Origin: an uncultured Gemmatimonadota bacterium
Lineage (GTDB): Bacteria > JAAXHH01
DNA length: 64,000 bases
Reading direction: 5' to 3'
Assembly: GCA_951812955.1 (NCBI GenBank)
Contig: OX638340.1
Span: 704,001-768,000, forward strand
The position numbers and the translations under genes are program-made. Shown here piece after piece: positions 36,989 to 45,717 of this stretch. The notes beneath the pieces are model-generated. The model did not search any database and was not told the DNA's origin. It saw only the letters and a list, made by a program, of their open reading frames with translations. The number at the start of each line of letters is the position of its first letter. Positions within the stretch are counted from its first letter, which is position 1.

Positions 36989-39900
36989 GTGCCGAGTAAA
37001 ACCTCCCTTTCCGCCTGGCACGCGCTGCGAGACCGGCTCCACGAACTTCGAATCCGCAGCCGTTGGGTTGTCATCGCCGAAGGCTTGTTCATCACCGGCG
37101 CGCTGATCTGCGTCCTCGCGCTTTCCCTCGCCACGCTCGAATCCTACCTCTACCTCGACCCGGTGGTTAGGCTGGTACTGATCTCGGCGAGTATCATGCT
37201 CCTGACGGCAGTGCTGGTCCGGCGAAATCTGCATCGTTTGAGACACGGTTTTTCCGACGATGACCTCGCGCGGCAGGTCGATTCCCAGTATCCTGAATTG
37301 AACGACCGGGTCACCGTGGCCTTGCAACTCTCCCGGCAGCGGGAAGAGGGATCCAAGGCCTCGCCCGCACTCCTGGACGCGGCCGTTACGGATGCCGCAA
37401 AATACACCCGGACGGTGGATTTCAAAGAAGCAGATCAAAGATTCCGCATCGCCCCGGCCGCCAAGAGATTCGGCCTTGCCGCGCTGCTATTGATACTGGC
37501 GATGGCCGCGTTCGGCGCGCCGCTTACCGGCGCCCTCGGCCGGCTGGCAAGCCCCCTGACCCATTTCCAGCCTCCGCAACGCACGTTTCTGAGCGTCCTG
37601 CCGGGAGACGTGGAAGTTGCGGCCGGAGGCCACGTAACGATTATGGCCGAAGCGGTCGGCGAGATGCCAGGCCGGGCCATCATGCACCTGACCTCGGACG
37701 AAGGATCGAGCAACTCCGTGGATATGAAGGCCACGGCGCCGGGTTCGTACTCCCACACCCTGCGGGAGATCAGGGAGAGTCTGACCTACGTAATCGAGGC
37801 CGGAGACGCCGTCAGCCATTCCTTTCGCATCAAAGCCATCGATCGCCCGTTCATCGGCGCGCTGCGCCTTACCTATCATTATCCTGCCTACACCAGGCTT
37901 GAACCCAGGACCACCACCGAAGGAGGCGACATCGTCGCACTGAAGGGAACGCGGGTGGAACTGGCCGCCGTGGATGCAAGCCGGAATCTGTCGGAAGCGG
38001 CGCTTTTCATCGAGCATTCAGACGAACCGGTAGCCATGAAGGTTGTAGACGACACGGCCACCGTACCGCTGACCGTGCAGTCAGATCAACGGTACCGCAT
38101 CATGTTGCGCAACATGGACGGCCATGAAAGCGCGGACCCCGCATGGTACCGGATTATCGCGTTGCCGGACCGCATGCCATCGCTCCGCATCCTGTCGCCC
38201 GGCCGAAATACAGATCTCACGGAGAACATGGTCGTTTCGTTTCTGGTATCAGGCACGGACGACTTCGGGTTCTCGGGAATGAACCTGGTCTACCGTAAAG
38301 AACCCGGAGGCGAGGAGCGGAACCTGCCCATCCCCGTGGACACGGAGTCCACGATGATTTCGCAGCCATTCGTCTGGGATCTCTCAAATGAAAACCTCTT
38401 TCCGGGGGACGTGGTCTCCTACCGGATCGAATTGTATGACAACGACACGATTTCGGGGCCGAAGCGGGCGGTAAGCCGCACCTATACGCTCCGGTTTCCT
38501 TCGATAGAAGAGATATACGATCAGATCGACGAAACACAGGAACAACAGGTCTCGGACATGGAGGATATGCTGGAAGAGCAGGAAGAAACCAGGAAGAAAA
38601 TCGAAGAACTGAATCGGACCCTCGAACAGAAAGCAAGGGAAGAAGCCGACGGGATTCAGTCGGAGGAATTGTCCTGGGAACAGAAAAAGGAGATCGAATC
38701 CGTTCTGACCGGCCAGGAACAGGCGACCGACGAACTCCTCAAAGCGGCCGAAGCGATCAGGGCGACCATGGAAACACTGGAAGACCACGATTCGCCCAGC
38801 CAGGAGCTCATCGACAAGATGGATCAACTGCGGAAGCTTTTTCAGGAGATCGCCACGCCCGAATTGCTGAAGGCTATGCAGGAATTGAAACAAGCCCTTC
38901 AGTCCTTCGACAACGAGCAGCTGAAGGCGTCGATGGAATCCTTCGAATTCGAGCAGGAAGAGTTTTTGAAACGACTGGAGCGCAGCCTCTCCATTCTGAA
39001 GCAAATCCGGATGGAGCAGCAGTTGATGGCTGCCGTTCGACAGACTCAGGACCTCGCTGCACGACAGGACGAGTTGCGCTACGCAACGGAGAATTCGTCG
39101 AACAGCGAAGAGCGATTGGAACTATCGGAAAAGCAGCAACAGTTAGGGGAGGACACAGGCTCCCTGCAGCGCGACCTGGAAAGTCTCGCCCGCGCGATGG
39201 AAGCGTTCAGGGACATGCCCGCAGAGCGTGTGCTCGAGGCCGCCGGCGATATGGAACGCCGGGATATGACGGGAAACATGGATCAGATCGCCGAACAATT
39301 GAAAGTCGGCAGGATGCAGCGGGCGATGGCAGGCCAACAGGAAATGTCCCGGGCGCTTTCCGGTCTGAACCAGCAACTGCAGGACATCCAGGATCAACTA
39401 CAGGAAGACCGGATGCGGGAAATCGCCGAAGGAATGCGCCGCGCGATGCACCAACTGGTCGATCTTTCCGTCAGCCAGGAGACCCTTAACGAACGCACCC
39501 GGAGCCCGGGTGGGTCCGGAACCCGGATCAACATTCTTACGGAAGACCAGCAGGGACTCCTTGGCGGCGCTTCGCTCGTGGCCAACGACATCGTATCCAT
39601 TGCGCAGAAAACGCCGTTCATTTCTCCTTCCATCGGACGAGCGCTGGGAGAAACACTGAACAGCATGGAGCGCGCGGAGGACCACCTGGCCGAACAGGAA
39701 CGCGATACGGCGTCCGGGGAACAACTGGCCGCCATGAAGTCTCTGAACGAGACCGTACTGGCCTTGCAGCGGTCCATGAGCAACATGGCGAATTCCGGTT
39801 CGTCCTCCGGCATGATGGATCTCATCGAAAGGCTTCAGGGCATGGCCAGGCAACAGACCGGAATTAACGACCAGATGGACCCGATGATGGATGAATCGAA

Positions 39901-40372
39901 CGGCAGCATGGACCTGGAAACCCAGGCACAGGTATCCAGGCTGGCAGCCAGGCAGGAAGCGTTGCGTAAGAGCCTGGAACAACTGCGTAGTGAGCAGCAG
40001 GGTCATCAGGAACAGATTCTCGGCAGGTTGCAGGAAATCGAAAACGAGATGGACGACACCGTACGTGAGTTGCAACAGTTCCGGGTCGACCCCGACCTGG
40101 TGGAGCGCCAGCAACGGATCCTGTCCAGGTTGCTGGACGCTTCGCGGTCCATTCGCGGACAGAAACGCGAGGAAAAGCGGCGAGCCGCACCTGGCGAGGA
40201 CCTCGTTAACCTTCCTGCGCCGGACGACTTGCCCGAAGATCTGACCCAGCTGGAACGCTCCCTCCGGGATGATATCCTGGGTCGTGTCGAAGAAGGCGCG
40301 TATCCCCGGGAATACGAAGAACTCATACGCGCCTATTTCCGCGCGCTTGCACACATTCCTGTAGTAAACTAG
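36989..40372 (+). CDS. Large (~1128 aa) double-TM anchored protein with an Ig-like beta-rich middle region and a ~600-aa E/Q/L-rich coiled coil; function unknown (DUF4175-like?)
   Basis: Two N-terminal TM helices, a beta-rich region (~aa 230-500), and heptad-like repeats rich in E, Q, L and R to the C-terminus. GTG 36989 follows AAGGA (spacer 6); the ORF is open from TTG 36983. Confidence 0.6.
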   Translation: MPSKTSLSAWHALRDRLHELRIRSRWVVIAEGLFITGALICVLALSLATLESYLYLDPVVRLVLISASIMLLTAVLVRRNLHRLRHGFSDDDLARQVDSQYPELNDRVTVALQLSRQREEGSKASPALLDAAVTDAAKYTRTVDFKEADQRFRIAPAAKRFGLAALLLILAMAAFGAPLTGALGRLASPLTHFQPPQRTFLSVLPGDVEVAAGGHVTIMAEAVGEMPGRAIMHLTSDEGSSNSVDMKATAPGSYSHTLREIRESLTYVIEAGDAVSHSFRIKAIDRPFIGALRLTYHYPAYTRLEPRTTTEGGDIVALKGTRVELAAVDASRNLSEAALFIEHSDEPVAMKVVDDTATVPLTVQSDQRYRIMLRNMDGHESADPAWYRIIALPDRMPSLRILSPGRNTDLTENMVVSFLVSGTDDFGFSGMNLVYRKEPGGEERNLPIPVDTESTMISQPFVWDLSNENLFPGDVVSYRIELYDNDTISGPKRAVSRTYTLRFPSIEEIYDQIDETQEQQVSDMEDMLEEQEETRKKIEELNRTLEQKAREEADGIQSEELSWEQKKEIESVLTGQEQATDELLKAAEAIRATMETLEDHDSPSQELIDKMDQLRKLFQEIATPELLKAMQELKQALQSFDNEQLKASMESFEFEQEEFLKRLERSLSILKQIRMEQQLMAAVRQTQDLAARQDELRYATENSSNSEERLELSEKQQQLGEDTGSLQRDLESLARAMEAFRDMPAERVLEAAGDMERRDMTGNMDQIAEQLKVGRMQRAMAGQQEMSRALSGLNQQLQDIQDQLQEDRMREIAEGMRRAMHQLVDLSVSQETLNERTRSPGGSGTRINILTEDQQGLLGGASLVANDIVSIAQKTPFISPSIGRALGETLNSMERAEDHLAEQERDTASGEQLAAMKSLNETVLALQRSMSNMANSGSSSGMMDLIERLQGMARQQTGINDQMDPMMDESNGSMDLETQAQVSRLAARQEALRKSLEQLRSEQQGHQEQILGRLQEIENEMDDTVRELQQFRVDPDLVERQQRILSRLLDASRSIRGQKREEKRRAAPGEDLVNLPAPDDLPEDLTQLERSLRDDILGRVEEGAYPREYEELIRAYFRALAHIPVVN

Positions 40373-40381
40373 GCGGCGATC

Positions 40382-42262
40382 GTGTATCGCAGTTCCAGAA
40401 CGCAAAGCGGCAGTGCGACACCGCGACGTAGGAATCTCGTATGCGGTTTGCTCGCCGCGTTAATGACAGCTCAGTTATTGCTGTTCTCGAGTGCCGAAGG
40501 ACAGACCGGACGGACGGACGACCTGAACAGGAGGATCGAGCAGGCCAGGAGTCTGGAACGTCTCCGGCAATACGACAGGGCGGTTGCCATATTCGAGCGC
40601 GTGTTGCGGGATGCTCCGGACAACCGGTCCGCGCTCAACGGCGCCGTACGGCTTTACTTCCGGCTGAACGCCTTTGACCGGGCGATACCTCTGCTCGAGA
40701 CCCATATTGAGAAAAACCCCGACAGAATAAACCTGCGCGGCATGCTTGCCGAAGCGCTTTTCGGCGTCGGGCGGGACGGCGACGCGGAGGAACAGATCCG
40801 AATCCTGCAAGACCGTTTTCCGCAAAGTGAATCGGCCGTGAACGAGATCGCTTATCTGTACCTCGACAGGCAGGCGTACGACAAGGCCATCCAGACCTAC
40901 CTTTCCGGACGGAAAAGACTGGGCAAACCGGGGGCTTTCGCCCTTGGTCTCGCCAGTGTCTACACCAGTGCGTACGACATACCGGGCGCCGTACGAGAAT
41001 ACGTGCGGTGGTTGACGCAGCAACCCCGTCAGCAGCGTATCGTCAATGATCGCATCGACCTGCTCGCGGGTTCGGGAGGCCAGGAACTCGTTGAAGAGTC
41101 GCTGAAATCAGCGGTGTCCGAACATGGCGGCAGCAAGGATGCACACGATCTGCTCGGTAGTTTTTACCTGCGATCCGATAAACCCACTGAGGCCTTGGCC
41201 GCGTACCGCGTTGCGGACCGGTTGGACGGTGCCAGCGGGAAATACCTTATCCGGTTTGCGGAATGGGCCCTGCGGGAAGGGCACTATCGGAACGCCATTG
41301 GCACATATCAGGAATTGACCAGGACAACCATGTCGGATTCCCTGCGCGCCGAGGCCTATTCCGGCCTCGCCATGGCGTTTCAGGAAAGTGGCGCCGTGAA
41401 CGATGCCGCCGAGACCTACCGGAATATCATCGCGCAGTATCCGGGATCCAGGTTCCGCGAAGAGGCGATGTCCAACCTGGCGGACCTGCACCTTGTTCAC
41501 TACCGGGACGCGCCACAGGCCCTCGAACTGTACCGGTCGCTGCTGGACGGTCCGGACGACGCATCCACGTCGAAGTACCGTGAAAATGCCCTGTTTGGCA
41601 TCGCGGAGAGTTACGTCGTCATGGGCAGTCTCGAAGACGCGCTTGTCTATTACAACCGCATCAGGGACCCTGCTTCCGGATTCGCCGATTCTGAAACCCG
41701 TGCGCGGACGAATTACCATCTGGGTGAACTGGCGTTATTTCAGGGCCGATTGGACGAGGCCCTCGAACTATTCCACGAGACGGCAGACCGCTATTCGGGG
41801 AGTCCCTTTGCCAATGATGCGTTGGAATGGACCATCCTGATTGCCGAGGGCCGGCAGGGAGGAGACCGTTCGTTTACGGAGTATATCCGGTCGGTGCTGC
41901 TGCAACGTCGGCACAGGGACCTGGAAGCCCTGGCAGCCTGCAAGTCTCTAGTCGAGGAGCACGCGCAAAGTCCCATCGCGGACACAGTCATCCTGGACAT
42001 CGGGATGATACTCGACCGGCTGGGCAAGCCGTTCCAGGCGGTCGCGGCCCTTCGCGACCTGATCGAGCGGCATCCGGATAGCCGCCATAGCGCCACTGCC
42101 CGGCGGCGGATCGCGGAAATCTACGAAACTGGCATCGGTGATATCCCCCAGGCGCTCACGGAGTATGAGGCCCTGCTCCTGTCCCACCCGGACCACTTCA
42201 AAAACGACGCCGTCCGCCGCAAGATAAGAGAACTGACCGCAAACCATCCGCCCCTGCCGTGA
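40382..42262 (+). CDS. Tetratricopeptide-repeat (TPR) protein, secreted or periplasmic
   Basis: Signal-like N-terminus and repeated 34-aa A/Y/L-rich TPR motifs throughout. It lies 10 nt after the large coiled-coil gene. Confidence 0.7.
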   Translation: MYRSSRTQSGSATPRRRNLVCGLLAALMTAQLLLFSSAEGQTGRTDDLNRRIEQARSLERLRQYDRAVAIFERVLRDAPDNRSALNGAVRLYFRLNAFDRAIPLLETHIEKNPDRINLRGMLAEALFGVGRDGDAEEQIRILQDRFPQSESAVNEIAYLYLDRQAYDKAIQTYLSGRKRLGKPGAFALGLASVYTSAYDIPGAVREYVRWLTQQPRQQRIVNDRIDLLAGSGGQELVEESLKSAVSEHGGSKDAHDLLGSFYLRSDKPTEALAAYRVADRLDGASGKYLIRFAEWALREGHYRNAIGTYQELTRTTMSDSLRAEAYSGLAMAFQESGAVNDAAETYRNIIAQYPGSRFREEAMSNLADLHLVHYRDAPQALELYRSLLDGPDDASTSKYRENALFGIAESYVVMGSLEDALVYYNRIRDPASGFADSETRARTNYHLGELALFQGRLDEALELFHETADRYSGSPFANDALEWTILIAEGRQGGDRSFTEYIRSVLLQRRHRDLEALAACKSLVEEHAQSPIADTVILDIGMILDRLGKPFQAVAALRDLIERHPDSRHSATARRRIAEIYETGIGDIPQALTEYEALLLSHPDHFKNDAVRRKIRELTANHPPLP

Positions 42263-43701
42263 CCATGTCCAGATCGCTTCACATACATCTTGTGGCCATC
42301 TGCGGTACAGGGATGGGCGCGCTCGCGGTGATGCTCAAGTCTCTGGGTCACCGGGTTACCGGAAGCGACGAGAACGTCTATCCCCCAATGAGTACGGTGC
42401 TTTCGGAGCAGCGAATAACTGTATTTAATGGTTACGCCGCATCCAACCTGGATCCGCCGCCGGACCTAGTAGTCATCGGAAACGCGGTTTCCCGGGGCAA
42501 TCCCGAGGCCGAAGCGGTGCTCGAAAGGAAGATCCGGTATGCGTCCATGCCGGAGACACTCAAGACATTCTTTCTATGGGACCGCAAACCGGTCGTGGTG
42601 GCGGGAACACACGGCAAGACGACTACGACGGCGATGCTCGCATGGGTGTTCACCGAAGCCGGCCTGGATCCAAGCTACATTGTCGGCGGCGTTCCCATCG
42701 GCTGGCAGACCGGCGCGCGGCTGGGATCGGGCGACCTGTTCATCCTGGAAGGCGATGAATACGACAGCGCCTTCTTCGACAAACGTGCGAAGTTCCTTCA
42801 TTACCTGCCCGATACGGTGATCATAAACAACATCGAATTCGATCACGCGGACATTTACGATTCGCTCGATGAGATCGAGCTTGCCTTCAGAAGGCTGGTC
42901 AACATCATACCGGAAAACGGCCTGTTGATCGGCCCGGCGGACGACGCCCGTGTCCGGGCGCTCGCTTCACGCGCATTCTGCCCCGTCCATACCCTGGGCG
43001 CGTCACCGGACGCAAGGTGGTCGGTGCGTGACGTATCCAGCGATCCCGGCGGCACGTCCTTCGACCTGTATGAACTGGGTGAGCACCGCGCCCGTCTCAT
43101 GATCGGTCAACTCGGAATGCACAATGTCAGGAACGCCCTGGCGGTCGTGGCCGCCGCCAGGCATTACGGCGTATCCTGGCCGGATCTGACACGGAGCCTG
43201 AAGTCCTTCCCCGGTGTGAAGCGGCGTCTCGAAGAGCGGGGCGAAATAAATGGTATCGCGGTCTACGACGATTTCGCTCACCACCCCACGGCCGTAAAGG
43301 CGACGCTGGAAGCCCTCAGGAGGGCTTTTCAGGACCGGCGTATCTGGGCCGTATTCGAACCGCGTTCCGCCACGACCATACGCCGGAACTTCCAGGAAGC
43401 CTACGGCGCTGCATTCGACAACGCGGACCGCGTGCTGATCGCGCCGGTCTTTCTACCCGGCAAAGCGCCGGACGGCAACCGTTTTTCAGTGGACGAACTG
43501 TTGGATGGACTGCGCGGGCGGGGTCTGAAGGCCGTCGCCACGGAAAGCGTGGAACAAATCGTCGAACATCTAGCCGAGGAGGCGGCGCCGGGCGACCGGA
43601 TCGTGTTCATGAGCAATGGGGGATTCGGCGGTATCCTCGATAGGACTTTGAACGCGCTGGGGAAAAAACACGCGGTGGAAGCGTCCCGGAAACAGGACTA
43701 G
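42259..43701 (+). CDS. mpl: UDP-N-acetylmuramate:L-alanyl-gamma-D-glutamyl-meso-diaminopimelate ligase (murein peptide ligase)
   Basis: HIHLVAICGTGMGALAVMLKSLGHRVTGSD N-terminus and Mur-ligase motifs (VAGTHGKTTTTAM). GTGA overlap with the TPR gene stop. Confidence 0.85.
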   Translation: MTMSRSLHIHLVAICGTGMGALAVMLKSLGHRVTGSDENVYPPMSTVLSEQRITVFNGYAASNLDPPPDLVVIGNAVSRGNPEAEAVLERKIRYASMPETLKTFFLWDRKPVVVAGTHGKTTTTAMLAWVFTEAGLDPSYIVGGVPIGWQTGARLGSGDLFILEGDEYDSAFFDKRAKFLHYLPDTVIINNIEFDHADIYDSLDEIELAFRRLVNIIPENGLLIGPADDARVRALASRAFCPVHTLGASPDARWSVRDVSSDPGGTSFDLYELGEHRARLMIGQLGMHNVRNALAVVAAARHYGVSWPDLTRSLKSFPGVKRRLEERGEINGIAVYDDFAHHPTAVKATLEALRRAFQDRRIWAVFEPRSATTIRRNFQEAYGAAFDNADRVLIAPVFLPGKAPDGNRFSVDELLDGLRGRGLKAVATESVEQIVEHLAEEAAPGDRIVFMSNGGFGGILDRTLNALGKKHAVEASRKQD

Positions 43702-44678
43702 GCGTGCCGAGCGTACACTTCGACGTCCATTACTTTGCCGGCCGACCTGAACTGCTTCCGCAGCGTAGCTTCATGGATGAATCCCGCGTCTCGCAGTGCC
43801 GCGCTCTTCGGGCCGTCGTCCGGTTCAACATGGCAGATTACCTTGCGTCCGGTCGGAAGAGCAAATGAATCGAGCAGTGGCTTCAGTTGCGCCGTAAAGG
43901 CGGAATGAACGGCCAGATCGAGGAGAAAGGTCTCGCCGCGCCAGCGGGTATCGGGCGCCAGGGTCGCGTAACCCGTGACCGCTCCGCGCTCCGTGACCAT
44001 CAGCCGGACCTGGACATCATCCGCTTCCCGTGTTTGCTTCATCAGCCCCAGGTAGGCCCCCTCGAACATGCGCGGTCCGATATGTCCCAGTCCGACGTTA
44101 CGCAGGGAAGGCGGACCGGACTGTGCGCAGAACACGTTAAGCGAAGGCCAGTTCTTCCAGTCCCCAGGGACCACGCGAGCCCTGCCTCCGCGGAAATGTT
44201 CCCGCTCGTACGCCGCGTGCTCCATGTACTTCATGTGACCCGATTCCGGCTCGACGCTACGGAAACCGAAGCCGTGGTAGAGGTAATAGGGATGGGTATC
44301 GTAGCCGGTGGACAGCGTAAGGTACCGGCCGTCCCGGGCTTTGAAATCGGCCATCTGCTCGGTCATTACGAGCCGCGCTACACCCTTGCGGCGGTGTTCA
44401 GGCGCGGTGTACACGTGGCTCAGGATGCCGATCCCGTCGTGTTCGCTGACCATGATGTTGCAGACCGCCCTGTCGTTTAGACAGCCGAGGTAGAACCTGG
44501 TTTCGAGGGGGCTGACCCGGCCGGCGAATACCTCGTCGAGATGCCACTGTTCGTTGCTGTACTTGTGCGCCAGGATCGGCCGGACCAGGGGCGCATAGTC
44601 GTCATCCGGCGCCAGGACGACGCCGATTTCGAGCTTTTCACCCGTGCGGAGCGTACTGGCGGCGATCTGCGTGTACAT
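43698..44678 (-). CDS. GNAT family N-acetyltransferase (tandem GNAT-like domains)
   Basis: Motif A region HVYTAPEHRRKGVARLVM...YYLYHGFGF. ATG 44678. Convergent 4-nt overlap with the mpl stop. Confidence 0.7.
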   Translation of the reverse strand: MYTQIAASTLRTGEKLEIGVVLAPDDDYAPLVRPILAHKYSNEQWHLDEVFAGRVSPLETRFYLGCLNDRAVCNIMVSEHDGIGILSHVYTAPEHRRKGVARLVMTEQMADFKARDGRYLTLSTGYDTHPYYLYHGFGFRSVEPESGHMKYMEHAAYEREHFRGGRARVVPGDWKNWPSLNVFCAQSGPPSLRNVGLGHIGPRMFEGAYLGLMKQTREADDVQVRLMVTERGAVTGYATLAPDTRWRGETFLLDLAVHSAFTAQLKPLLDSFALPTGRKVICHVEPDDGPKSAALRDAGFIHEATLRKQFRSAGKVMDVEVYARHA

Positions 44679-44733
44679 AAACGTTGGGGTACAATCGGAG
44701 TTGGGGGATGGATTGAGATCGCGGCCTGTGCTT

Positions 44734-45153
44734 CTAGGTCTGCCTGCCGCGGCCCAGAACAGCACCGACGGCCATGCCGCTCAACGCCACCTGAACTGTA
44801 TCGATGATGACCTTGATCAAGGTCCCGGTGAGATCCAGCATGGTGGTCATGCCAAAGAGGCTCAGACCCAGGAACAGGTGGAGTAGCGCTCCGAAGACCG
44901 CACTGGTCCCAAGGGCCTTTACCGCGCCGGTGTGGCCCGTCCAGCAGCCAAGGAGCACGGTCAGTAAAGCGCCCATGGCAACGGCGCCCAGGACGATCGT
45001 CCACACGTTCGGGCTGGACTTCATGACCAGTTCGGGAGCCGTCACCGCGTAACCTTTTAAAAAACCGCCGAACAAACCGCCAGCGGCAAAGCCAAGCAGC
45101 AGCACCATGACGGTCCCGGTTACAGTCGCAATGGCGAATCGTTGTACAGACAT
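44734..45153 (-). CDS. Small 4-TM membrane protein, DUF1761-like (paralog A)
   Basis: 139 aa, hydrophobic, with N-terminus FAIATVTGTVMVLLLGF. GGGAGAGGAG RBS. Paralogous to the adjacent gene. Confidence 0.5.
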   Translation of the reverse strand: MSVQRFAIATVTGTVMVLLLGFAAGGLFGGFLKGYAVTAPELVMKSSPNVWTIVLGAVAMGALLTVLLGCWTGHTGAVKALGTSAVFGALLHLFLGLSLFGMTTMLDLTGTLIKVIIDTVQVALSGMAVGAVLGRGRQT

Positions 45154-45253
45154 AGACTCCTCTCCCTGCGAATAACCGTCCTGTCTTCCGGCCCTTGTTA
45201 CAAGGTTGTGTGCCCGCAGGCCGCTGTCGGAAACCTGCGGATCATCCGACGGA

Positions 45254-45667
45254 TCACTTCCTGGCGAGTACGATTCCGATCACGGCGCCCGCCAGGGAAA
45301 TGCGTACCGTCGTCAGGACAACGTCAAACAACGTCGCCTGGAGATTCATGTAGTGCACTGTGCCGTAGAACATCATGCTGATGCTCAGGCTCAGCAGGAA
45401 ACCGAAAATCGCGCCGGTCCTGAATCCCGCACCTGCGCCGGATACCTTTGCCCAGCAACCGATTACGAGGCACAGCAACGCCGCCAGTACCAACTCGCTC
45501 AGGTAAATGAACAGCATTTCGGGCGGGTCTTTCGTCACGGAGGCCGCCCCCGGATCGGCGTTCGCGGCGAAAAACCCCATGAACAACACCGCATACAGGA
45601 AGAAACCCATGACGAGCAGAACCACGGCGCCTGCGATCGTAGCGACCAGGAAACGGGTTAGACTCAT
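45254..45667 (-). CDS. Small 4-TM membrane protein, DUF1761-like (paralog B)
   Basis: 137 aa with the same architecture (FLVATIAGAVVLLVMGFFLY). GGAG RBS. Confidence 0.5.
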   Translation of the reverse strand: MSLTRFLVATIAGAVVLLVMGFFLYAVLFMGFFAANADPGAASVTKDPPEMLFIYLSELVLAALLCLVIGCWAKVSGAGAGFRTGAIFGFLLSLSISMMFYGTVHYMNLQATLFDVVLTTVRISLAGAVIGIVLARK

Positions 45668-45717
45668 ATTGGCTCCGGGAAGGCGTTAAATGCTCAACGC
45701 TCAGTCTGTCGGGATCA

